From the NCBI GenBank assembly GCA_034780895.1, contig JAUZTB010000064.1, forward strand, positions 110,010,301-110,074,300: a DNA stretch of 64,000 nt. Reading direction: 5' to 3'. The stretch is from Rhynchobatus australiae (Eukaryota). Positions 52,800-63,405 of the stretch are shown here, piece after piece; the stretch's first letter is position 1; each line of letters opens with the position of its first letter. Under the pieces are notes generated by a model. That model had not been told where the DNA came from, made no database searches, and saw nothing but the letters and a program-made list of their open reading frames with translations. Position numbers and translations under genes: made by a program.

Positions 52800-53285
52800 C
52801 TAAATTTTGTCTCACCTTTTAAGATGTCATTGTTCATTTTCTAGCCTCGCTCACATCTGCTTTCTAATTGCTGTTTCTTCAAGGCTGTTAACTACACATT
52901 GGTCAACTTTGCCCTGGTTGCACATGTTTTATATTTTCTTTAGTTTACTATATGGTACCTATCAAAACTGCTTCTGGAACCCTAGACAAATTGCACACTT
53001 GTCTACTCACTTTCAACATGTCAAATAATTCAATAAGCAATTCATAAGCAAGACTTCTCCTACTGAAATCCATGCTGACTATTCAATGTTATATTTTGGC
53101 TTCAAAGTTTTTTTAGTTCCTTTAGTAGGGATTCCACTATTTTACCTATTACTTATATTAAGCTGATGCATTCTATCTCACATTTTAAATACAGGTACTG
53201 CATTAATGCTGTAACATCTCCCTGATATTATAGTTCTTTCTAACAAATTACAAAATATGTGCAATAGTGTCACTAGCTACTTCTT
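52800..53285 (-). mobile_element. Decayed CR1 RT fragment, host of the RTE insertion
   Basis: tatggtacctatcaaaactgcttctggaac...tgaaatccatgctgact...aagctgat (reverse of SQHGF...DFQKAFDKVPH). Confidence 0.55.
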
Positions 53286-53289
53286 CTCT

Positions 53290-55365
53290 CAGTCTGTGGT
53301 GACAGTGTGGCTGGACAGAATGGGTCATTGTGGGATAGAGTCAAAGACACACACATCAAGGTCAGATTCATGGTTGGGGAGGTCTTCAAAGTGATCCTTC
53401 CAGATGGGGCAGGCTGCCTGTCCTTGATAAGTTTACCTTTCATTGGCATGAAGCTTGAGTGTTTGATCTGCAAGCTGGTTTGAAGTGCTAAAAATTCCAC
53501 ACATGTTATGACTATTAGTAAATTGCTGAGCCTTCTGCATTCTTTCTGTTATTTAGGTCACAGGTTTTCTGCTGGACTTTGTCCTAACAGGTGTCTACAG
53601 AGATTTTTTTCCATTGAGGCATTGTGGGGTTTCCAATCCAGGAACATAGTGGTTAATTATTTCCCGAATCTGATGGTCATTCTCATAAAAACAAGTCCTG
53701 ACTCTTGATGGAGAAGCCAAAGGTCTTTTCACAGATGCTAATTAAAAGGGAGTAGGGCAGATGCTGTGGACACACTATGGCACTTATTGCCTGAGAGTCA
53801 ACAGGTTGCATGAGAGAAACTACCTAAGAGCTACTTTTGTGAGGTGCTTATGAACTTTGACATTGATTTTCTTGTAGCAACATTTCCGTTGACATTGGTG
53901 TTTTGAGGCCAGGATGAGAGAAATGACAGAAGGCTCTTCAGTCCTGCCTTACCTCCACTCCTAATCAGCTTGAAGCTGAAAAGACAATATGCCATCTAAA
54001 GAAATGGCAAAGATCTTGAAAGCAGATTGTAGCCCTGCAGAGGTTCTAAAACTCAGCAATGAGGAACTCCAGTCACAAATTCACAACCTGGGTAGAAAAT
54101 GCCAGGGGCCCTCAGAGATACCATAATCATAACCATCTTCATGAGAGGAGACAAATCCTACTGCAGTAAATACAGAAGGATCTCCCTGTAGTTTGCCAGA
54201 GGGAAAGTTATCACCAGGGTCCTCAGTCGCCTCCTCCTAGCGGCCAATTGACTGCTCCCCGAATCTCAGTGTAGATGCAATCCACCTAGAGGCATAGTGG
54301 ACATGACCTTCACTGTGCAATAAGTATAAGAAATAAGGGGAAAACAACAAGCTCAATATATAGCCTTTATTCAACCTCACTAAAGCCTCTGACTCCACCA
54401 ACCAGGAGGGACCATGGGGCACACTCCTTACATTTGTTCCATGGTGGCATGCAAAACATGCTACTGAGTCCACAAAAGATCTAATCTTAGTGCAGATTGG
54501 TGTTAAAGCAAGGTTGCATTATTGCACTAACACATTTTTCACTCTTCCTTGTGGCATCAGGTTTCCTGCTAAAGTACAGCTTGTCTACAAAACTAATGGA
54601 AAATTCCTGAATCAACTTCACTTCCATTCTACAATCAAAGTCACTGCAAGGTCAGTAACTGAGCTGCAGTACACAGAAAACACATGTGTTTGTGCATGCT
54701 GGAATGCAGAGCTTCAAGTTGTCCTTGATTCATTCACTGAAGAGTGGATGGGACTGAAGCTTTGCAAAACAAAGGAACTCAGCCAATCATACCATACTGC
54801 ACTCTAACAACATGGTTCCAGGCAAAACACTAGAAAACATGGATCACACCTTGGAAGCCATCAATCAGCAAAGACAGCATCAATGACGAAATTCATCTTC
54901 ACTTTCAATGCACTAGCACAACCTCTGAGGAAAAGGGCATTTGAAAGTCACAAACCCACATAAAGCTTACGGTCTATGGGGAAAGTTGTGATCACATAAT
55001 CTCATAATCTCCCTTGTCATGTCCAGCTCTTCATGCAACCGAACCTCAAAGTTTAACCTTCAAACCCAGATAATATGTAGGCATCATGCTATACTTGCTT
55101 TCAGGCAAATATACCTGGACAACATACAGAAATGGAAATAATAAAGCATAGGCTGAAGATAGTTCCAAGTAACCTTGATGAATCAGGAGGCCATGCATCA
55201 AGAGCATTCAGAAGCCCACCATAACTCATGGAAGGAGCACAAAGCCTCCCAGACCACCCACCCATCTCATTAAATATCTCCTGCCCTATCTATAAAGTCT
55301 GAAGTTCCAACACTGGCTCAGAACCCAGTGGAAGCAAGTCATTCTTCAGCCTGAGGGACTGCCAA
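53290..55365 (+). mobile_element. RTE-clade LINE with inverted 5' segment (53290-about 53945 minus; about 53950-55365 plus)
   Basis: Plus part: EAEKTICHLK...RDTIIITIFMRGDKSYCSKYRRISL...LLPESQC...RGIVDMTF...LTKASD...VTELQYTEN; tail gagggactgccaaagaaga. Minus part: ENDHQIREII...KLIKD...WKDHFEDL...DSIPQ. Confidence 0.8.
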
Positions 55366-55864
55366 AGAAGACAACCTTTCTGTTTCTTTCAAAAAAAATG
55401 CATAGATTTTTTGTTTGAGTTTGATAAAATTATTTATGATTTCTCCCAATTTTATTTGAAATTCATTATCATTTGCCATCATGTCTTCAAATGTCACATT
55501 CAATCAATCACCCTCCCAAGTAAACATTGACACCTAATCATTTTTAATAATTCTGACACCTTACTATTGCCTGTGGTTTATCCTGTCCAACTTTCACAGC
55601 TCCATTCCTATCTAAGCTTCCTTTTATTAATCTGTATATTTNNNNNNNNNNGTCATTTCCTAATCCCTCAATCTTCTTCATTTGTTTTGTCTTCTAATCT
55701 TTCATAATTTCCCTTGTCATGTCCGGTTCTTCATGCAACATGCCCTCAAAATTTAACCATCTGTGCTGCACTTGTTCTCAGGCAAATATACCTGGACAGT
55801 GTCCAGAAATGGAAATTTTTTAAAAATGGGAAGAAAATGCTACCAAGTAACCTTGATGAATTCA

Positions 55865-56023
55865 GAAAATCCTGGCCATACTCAACAGTTCAGGCAGCAT
55901 CAGTGGAGAGACAAACAGAGTTAACGTTCCAGGTCAATGACCTTTCAGTAGAACTGGGAAAAGTTAGAGAACATGCATGTTTTAAATTGCAGAGAAGGGG
56001 GAAAGAGGTTGAGAGAACTAAGC
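55865..56023 (-). mobile_element. Penelope-like terminal repeat with degenerate hammerhead motif
   Basis: 55919-55955 reverse complement AGTT CTACTGA AAGGTCATTGACCT GGAA CGTT AACT. Confidence 0.7.
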
Positions 56024-56131
56024 ANNNNNNNNNNNNNNNNNNNNNNNNNNNNNNNNNNNNNNNNNNNNNNNNNNNNNNNNNNNNNNNNNNNNNNNNNNNN
56101 NNNNNNNNNNNNNNNNNNNNNNNNNNNNNNN

Positions 56132-56360
56132 TTCAATCCCGACCTCGGGTGCTGTCAGTGTGGAGTTTGCAAGTTCTCCCCGTGACCATGTGTGTTTCCT
56201 TGGAGTGCTCCAGTTTTTTCCCACATCCCAAAGACATGCAGGTTAGTAGGTTAATTGGCCATTGTAAAGTCCCTTGGTATGTAGGAGAGTGGTAGAATCT
56301 GGCAGGGAAGGGGATTTTGATGAAAATATAGGAAGAATAAAATGAGATTAGTGTACCAGT
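56132..56360 (+). mobile_element. V-SINE (HE1-like), 5' end in gap
   Basis: ttcaatcccgacctcgggtgctgtcagtgtggagtttgcaagttctccccgtgacc...cccaaagacatgcagg; close paralogue of 32228-32578. Confidence 0.85.
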
Positions 56361-56389
56361 AATGTAAATACATATTGAACATATTTATT

Positions 56390-57250
56390 GCTAGAAACCC
56401 GAAATAAAAGAAAATGCTGGAAATACTCAGGAGGTCTGGCACAGAAGAGGAGAGAAAAAAACTGAGTTAACATTACAGGCTGATGATCTTGCATCAGAAC
56501 TAGCCAGCTCTGGCACAAATTGGAAAGGGTGGTTATGTGCAATTGCAGAATTCAATGTCGCATCTTGAGGGCTTTTACCCAACTAGACGAAAGATCAGGA
56601 CCTGGTCATTTAGTTTACATTGGGTTTTGTTGGAACAGTGAAGAAAACAGAAAGCACCATGACTACAGTCATCAATGCACTGGAAAAAGGCGAATGAGGG
56701 GATCAGAACCTGACTGAAACAAGTTCAGTTTCATATATCCCACAAAGAAACTGGGATAGCTTGGTCTCATCCTGGTTCCTATAGCTACACCTTCTATGGG
56801 AGAAAGTAAGTGAAATTCAATGAGTAGTTATTGAATTTGGAAATAAGTCCAGCCAGGCAGAGGAGGATGGTGGTGGAGGGAGATTGTTGGGCCTCAATCA
56901 AGGAAGAGGCAAAAGGCCCTCAGATTATCCTGGTGTGGGAAGGAGATGTGGAGAGATTGGAAGTCCATGGCGAAAATGAGCCAATTAAGACTAAGGAACA
57001 GGAAACTGCCAAAATGTGTAGAGCATCAAGGTGTCATGGATGTTAAGTGGGAAGGTACTGGACAAGGGAAGAAAAAGTAGAGTTAGAGTAAGAAGAAATA
57101 CATTCTGTGGGACAAGAATTGATTGAAACAGTCTACTAGAACAGTCTGGGAGGAAGTGGAGAGAAGCCTTGTAATGAGACTGGAGGATGAGGAGGGAAGA
57201 TATCCACTGTGCCTATGGGAGACAGTGGCTCGATGTGTTCAGTGGTGGGG
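56390..57250 (-). mobile_element. Internally deleted Penelope-like element (RT remnant plus terminal repeat)
   Basis: Minus strand about 56980-56730 decodes LIFAMDFQSLHISFPHQD...GVAIGTRMRPSYPSFFVGY, matching the PLE RT motifs MDVxSLYTSIPH and GVAMGTRMGPSYA; terminal repeat at 56390-56501. Confidence 0.75.
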
Positions 57251-57284
57251 TCATAGTTCAGAAGGTGGCATGAAGTTTTTTTAT

Positions 57285-59890
57285 TCGTTCCAGACTGAGC
57301 CAGCATTTAATTGTCCAACCCCAGCGGCTCTTGAGAAGGTGGGGGTGAGCTGTCTTCTTGAATTGCTGCAGTCCTTGAGGTGTGGGTATACCCACAATGC
57401 TGTTAGAAAGAGAGTTCCAGGATTTTGACCCAGTGACAGTCAAGGAATGGCTATATACTTCCAAGCCAGGATGGTGTGTGGCTTGGAAGGTAACTTCCTG
57501 ATGGTGTTTCCATGCTTTTGTTGTCCTTGCCCTTCTAGCTAGTAGAGGTTGTGGGTTTAGAAAATGCTGTCTAAGGAGTCTTGGTGAGTTGCTGCAGTGC
57601 ATCCTGTAGATGGTACAAACTACTGCTACTGTGCATCAGTGATGGAGTGAGTGAATGGTGGGGATAGGGTGCCTATCAAGCGGGCTGCTATATCCTGTGT
57701 GCTGTTGAGTTTCTTGAGTATTGTTGAAGCTGCATTCATCCAGGCAAGTGGAGAGTATTCCATCTCCCTCCTGTCTATGAGGCTTAATTGGTGGACAGGC
57801 TTTAGGAAGTTAGGAGGTCAGTTTCTTGCTGCAGGGTTCTGACCTGCTCTTGTAACCACATTGTGTATATGGCTATACCAGTTCAGTTTCTTGTCAATGG
57901 TAAACTCCAGAATATTGATAATGCCACTGAATGCAAGGAGGTGATAGATGGATTTTCTCTTTTTGGATATCATTGCCTGGCACTTCTGTGGCATGAATAT
58001 TACTTGCCACCTACCAACCTAGGCCTGGATATTGTCCAGCTTTTGCTGCATTTGGTTGTGGGCTGCTTCATTATCTGAGGAGTTGCAAATAGTGCTGAAC
58101 ATTGTGCATCATCAGCAAACATCCCTACTTCTGCCCTCATGACTGAAGGAAAGTCATTGACGAAGCAGCTGAAGATGGTTGGGCCTAGGACACTACCCTG
58201 AGGAACTCCTGCAGAGATGTCCTATGGCTGAGATGAATGACCTCCAAACATCTTCCTTTGTGCTAGGTATGATTCCAACCAGCAGAAGGTTTTCCCTCTG
58301 ATTCCCACTGACTCCAACTTACCCAGGACTCCTTGATGCCATACTCAATCAAATGCTGCCTTGACGTCAAAAGCACCTACTCTCACTTCACCTTTTGGAC
58401 CAAGGCTATAATGAGGTCAGGATTGCCAGTGCTGTTGCCAGTGTTGCCAAGGGTGTGGCAAGTTCTGGAGCACATCCTCAGTGCTATTGCTGAAATGTTG
58501 TCAGGGCCTATAGTCCTTGCCGTATCCAATGCCTTCAGCCATTTCTTGATATCATGTGGAGTGAATCAAATTGTCTGAAGATTGGCATTTAAGATGCTGG
58601 GGACCACTAGAGGAGGCCGAGACGGATCATCCAATTAGCACTTTTGGCTGAAGTTTCTTGCAAATGCTTCAGTTCTGTCTTTTGCACAGATGTGCTGGGC
58701 TCCCCCATCACTGAGAATGGATATATTTGTGGTGTCTGCTCCTCCAGTGAGCTTTTTAGTTGTCCACCACCATTCACAACTGGATGTGGCAGGACTGCAG
58801 AGCTAGATCTGATCCATTGGTTGTGGGATCACTTAGCTCTGTCTATTGCATGCTGTTTATGCTGTTTAGCATGCAAGTAGTCCTGTCTTGTAGCTTCACT
58901 AGGTTGATTCCTCATTCTGAGCTGTGCCTGGTGCTGCTCCTGGCATGCTCTCTTGCACCCTTCATTGAACCAGGGTTGATCCCCTGCTTTGATGGTGATG
59001 GTAGAGCAGGGGATATGGCAAGCCACAAGGTTGCAGATTGTGGCCGAGTACAATTCTGCTGTTACCGATGGCCCATAGCACCTCGTGGATGCCCAGTCCT
59101 GAGCTGCTAGATATGTTCACAGTCTGCCCCATTTAGCATGGTGATAGCAGCAGTCAATGAAGTGTACTTTCACTGTGAATGCAGGATTTCGTCTCCACAA
59201 GTATTGTGCAGTGGTCAATCCTACCAATACGGTCATGGACAAATGCATCTGTGATAGGTAGACTGGCAAGGACAAGATCAAGTAGGTTTTTCCCTCTTGT
59301 TGGTTCCCTCACACTTGCCACAGATTCAATTTAGCAGCAATTTCTTTTAGCACTTAGCCAGCTTAGTCAGTAGTTTTGCTATTGAGCTACTCTTGGTGAT
59401 GGATGTACAAGTACCCCACCCAGAGAACATTCTGCACCTTTGCCACTCTCAGTGCTTCCTTCAAGTGGTGTGCTTTTTGGAGAAGCATTGATTCATCAGC
59501 TGGGCAGGAGGGCAGTCAGTGGTAATGAGCAGAGGTTTCTTACCCCAAGTTTAACCTGATGCCATGAGATTTCATGGGATCTAAAGTCAACATTGAGGAC
59601 TTCTTGGGCAGTTTCCTCCCAATTGTATACCACTCTGCCTCTGCTGGGTCTGCCCTGCCAGTGGGACAGGACATACCCAGGGATGGAGATGGTGGTGTCT
59701 GGGGTGTCGACTATAAGATTCCATGAGAATGACTTGGTCAGGCTGTTATTTGACATGACTATGATACAGTTCTCCCAGTTTGGCACAAGCCCTCAGATGT
59801 TGGTAAGGAAGACTTTACGGTCAACATGGCAGTTTTTGCCATTGTTATTTCTGGTGCCCAAGTCAATTCTGGGTGATCTGTCCAGTTTTA
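57285..59890 (-). mobile_element. Long decayed CR1/L2-group LINE (family B) spanning endonuclease to 3' end
   Basis: ORF 59496-59786 (DTTISIPGYVLSHWQGRPSRG, endonuclease); ORF 58829-59053 (KAGDQPWFNEGCKRA); GMFADD at about 58107-58125; ORF 57258-57602 (KSWNSLSNS...LQQFKK). Confidence 0.85.
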
Positions 59891-61161
59891 TCCCTTCTCT
59901 GCAACTTATAACATAAATTGTGCATGTCTTTTTCTCGTTCTAATGACTGATTATCAATCCAAAACTGTAATTCTGTTACACAAACTGCACTATCTTTTAT
60001 GCCATTTTTATTGTTATTGCAGCTGCAATTACAGTAGCAGGAGATGAGTATTCCATCATATTCCATGATAAGAGTATTACTGATGACGAACAGGCTTTGA
60101 TCAATCAGAAGGTAAGATACTTTGCAAAATACCCAATTCTGTCCTGCTTCTGCAGCACAGTGTTGACAAGGCTGGTTCAGTTACGTTCCTTGTTAGTGAT
60201 GACCCATTAAGTGTTAATGGTAGAGGAATTGGTAAATGTGGATCATGAAACTCAAGAGGGATGACAAGACTTTATCTTGTTTCAGATGGTCATTATGAAT
60301 ATCAATGTTTCAAAATAATTGCTTTTGACACCTGACTGANNNNNNNNNNNNNNNNNNNNNNNNNNNNNNNNNNNNNNNNNNNNNNNNNNNNNNNNNNNNN
60401 NNNNNNNNNNNNNNNNNNNNNNNNNNNNNNNNNNNNNNNNNNNNNNNNNNNNNNNNNNNNNNNNNNNNNNNNNNNNNNNNNNNNNNNNNNNNNNNNNNNN
60501 NNNNNNNNNNNNNNNNNNNNNNNNNNNNNNNNNNNNNNNNACTTGTTTGTAGCTATCAACATAGATTCAAAGACAAGAGAACATCCTTTTAATCTTCAGT
60601 GATTTTTGTGTATAAAATATATTCATCTCAAAACAAAGAAAACTATATTATTGTCTTATTTAAAAGGATCAAGTATAATCCACTTTGAATTAAATAAAAT
60701 TTTATGGTCAGTCCTGACATTTTCTCAATATAGATGGATTATTGGGAGAAAGCTACATGAAACCCTAACCTTAATGTTCAATTGTGGATTGCTGAATTTA
60801 ATGAGTGGTTTATTACCAATATTGTAAATGGACCACTGCGATTTAGGTGTTTGGTGGATAATAATGAAAACCCAGCTATTGAGGTACTTGGCTGCCTCTT
60901 GTATTCCACGGGCCACAAGGACATTAGCAAATGCAAGTTCACCATATCATTTCCTCTCAATTTAAAATCGGCTATTCTCCATCAATATGTGGAATAAAGA
61001 AGAATTATGATATCATTCCATTAGTCCTGTTAAAATAATTCCTGACTGGATTATTTAACCACATGAACTTAGTGGAAGACCTTACAGTACTCCCTCAACA
61101 CAGATCATCAAAAAAAAACATGGTTAGTAATTGCTTACACTTCTTCATCACTAATTGATTT

Positions 61162-61174
61162 GTTAATGATTAAC
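61162..61174. promoter_or_regulatory. Perfect HNF1-type palindrome GTTAATGATTAAC (candidate site)
   Basis: Exact match to the GTTAATNATTAAC consensus in a block with no recognised repeat; function untested. Confidence 0.35.
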
Positions 61175-61283
61175 ATCTAATCCAGATGGACCTTACCCAC
61201 TTATGAGCTCAGAATCCTGGTGTTATCAGTGCTCATAAAACATTAATCAAGGGCCAAATTCAGAGTAACCATTCTTTTGCGAA

Positions 61284-61299
61284 AGGTCAAAGCAGGTCA
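61284..61299 (+). promoter_or_regulatory. Perfect DR4 nuclear-receptor element AGGTCA-aagc-AGGTCA (candidate TR/RXR or LXR/RXR site)
   Basis: Two exact AGGTCA half sites spaced by 4 nt; function untested. Confidence 0.4.
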
Positions 61300-62183
61300 G
61301 GACCATATAATGAGAAACAATAACAGGCCAGGTCTTCACAATGTAATCCAACACCCTTGTTACTTTACACTGGCCACTAGGAACAAATTGAGAAGNNNNN
61401 NNNNNNNNNNNNNNNNNNNNNNCATCCCCAGGCTCTCCAACTTCCCTCCCCCTCTAAACACACAATAGAACAGCTTTATTCTTCCACAACTTAATACATT
61501 TACATGGTGTTCCATGGAAATTATATTTTCAATCCGAAATAAATTTACCCAACATGATTTTGTAAAAAACTCAAAACTCACATTACACAAACTTTTTTTT
61601 AAAAAGGTCCTTCCTTGGGACAGGACAAACCACAAAATGCTACAATTCACAACCATTTAGTTCATGCATATTTCATTTTAAGTATAACAATACTTGAGAA
61701 GTTTAGGTATGAAATACTGTAGATGGCTAAAAGATCCATTTTTATTTTCTACTTGTGCATTCTTAATGCATAATTAGAAAATAAAGCCCAAAAAGTGATT
61801 TTGCTTATTGTGAACTGATATAAAATTATAAAATATGCAACAGTAAGTAGCCAGGGTTAAAAAAACTTTTACTAAACTCAGTGTCATATTACAGGATATA
61901 ATACTTTTTTTGTGCAGTCTGTCCAGGCAAATTTTTTAAGGAAGAACTTTACACTCCACTGACGGTGTAGCTGGTAACAGTTACTATTTCATAGTAATCA
62001 CATTCATCTATTCCCAACACATGATGCAGTTGTTATTAATTGTGAATCTACAATCTACCAGCAATGTTCTCAAAATAATTGCAAGGATGTATTTGAATAT
62101 ATTGCAAATCCTTTATTAACCATGAATGAGCTTCACCTAGTAAAGATCTGCACTTAATAATGAAACTACTTAAACAACCTTAC

Positions 62184-62248
62184 CTTCCTTCGTTAACAAG
62201 TTCGATAAATGCCAGACCAGCATTTTTCTGTATTGAGTTCTGCCATTC
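62184..62248 (-). CDS. LRBA: LRBA internal coding exon (65 nt, phase 0 to 2), [22 protein letters not shown]
   Basis: Minus strand reads ...ttttattacag|GAATGGCAG...GAAGGAAG|gtaagg. The peptide matches the LRBA/neurobeachin segment just before DUF1088 (ELVNEGR as recalled for LRBA, ELINEGR for NBEA). The phase joins the next exon. Confidence 0.95.
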
Positions 62249-63069
62249 CTGTAATAAAATTTTTAAAAATTGACTTCCAAGTGAAACATACAAAAATAAA
62301 TCAAATTACAGTGTGACCCATAGTCCAGGGCCGACACACCATAGCTGCCAAATGACTGACACTTACTATGAATTTTTACTTTATAATTAGTGAAGATAGA
62401 AAATGCCAGAACAGAGAAGAAAACATATTTATCATGATATGGTTTAACATTATCTACTTCACACACAATTACCAAGGTACACTCTCCAAATAAGCCTCAG
62501 CTGAATCAAATCTTAAGTGAGTTTTAATAGTTCTGGAAACAGCTTAATGGTCAATATCTTTCATGACCAATTTAATATTTCAACACTGCATATTCAGTGA
62601 ACAATATAGCAATATGCATGCAGAGAATGTAAAGGTCTGAGATAGCCATTTCCCAGTGGCACTGAAAAATATAACATGCTAAAAGCCTCAGACCTGACCA
62701 CTAATGCTTCTAAAGTGCCGGAAATCATATTTTAGCGCTTCAAAGAGACAGGCTGTAAAATGCAATTAACTCATCCAATAAATTCTTACCCAGTTCTAAA
62801 CTATACCCTAATGTTTTACAGAGATGTTTCAAACTATATTTGCATCACATTCTATTCCTGTTAGAGCAATGCATCGTAAAACATGGAAATACCAATGACT
62901 GGTATAAGATACAATTGAATCTATGTAATAAAGGTACATGGAGAATCCATTTTCCTTGCACCTCATTAGTGCTCACATTTTGTAATCAATTCCTCCAAAT
63001 TAGCTAGTATCATATACAAGATTAGTGGAATGGTGACACTCTCTCCTGACCCACAAGTAACCTAGACCT

Positions 63070-63405
63070 ATATTGTCAGAGATGCCATCTTTTGGATGAC
63101 ATGTTAAATCAAGACCCTTTCTTCCCTCTAAGATGAAAAGCCATAAAATCCAAATGGCATTAATCTCAGAAGAGCAGTGCAGTCCTCCCAGTATCTTGTA
63201 CAACCTTCATTTTCAAAATACACCTAAACACCATGTTCTATTTATTTTTTTTATTGTCATCTGTGAACTTGCTGTGCACAATTTGGCTACTGCACTTCCT
63301 CCATTACAACAGCGACTACAAATCATATGTACTCTGTTAGCAGCATGATGTGCTTCAGCACATCTTAAGATCACAAAAGGCATTACTTTAAATACAAATT
63401 TTTTT
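63070..63405 (+). mobile_element. Deu-domain SINE (SacSINE1/AmnSINE1-like)
   Basis: gatgccatctttggatgacatgttaaatcaag...gaagagcag...cttgctgtgcacaatttggctactgcacttcctccattacaacagcgactaca...aaaggcatta matches the recalled Deu core and tail. Confidence 0.75.

Noticed and set aside
29473-62248. NBEA (neurobeachin) as the gene identity
   Set aside because: Most paralogue-diagnostic residues (ELVNE, DHLV, ILSRQ, DIHRH, ESLC, LIRAAKY, QLIQKII, TDKH) match LRBA as recalled.
62783-62870. AG...GTAAGA exon-like segment as the next upstream LRBA exon
   Set aside because: Its translation does not resemble the expected ...VELVMLLCSQ peptide.
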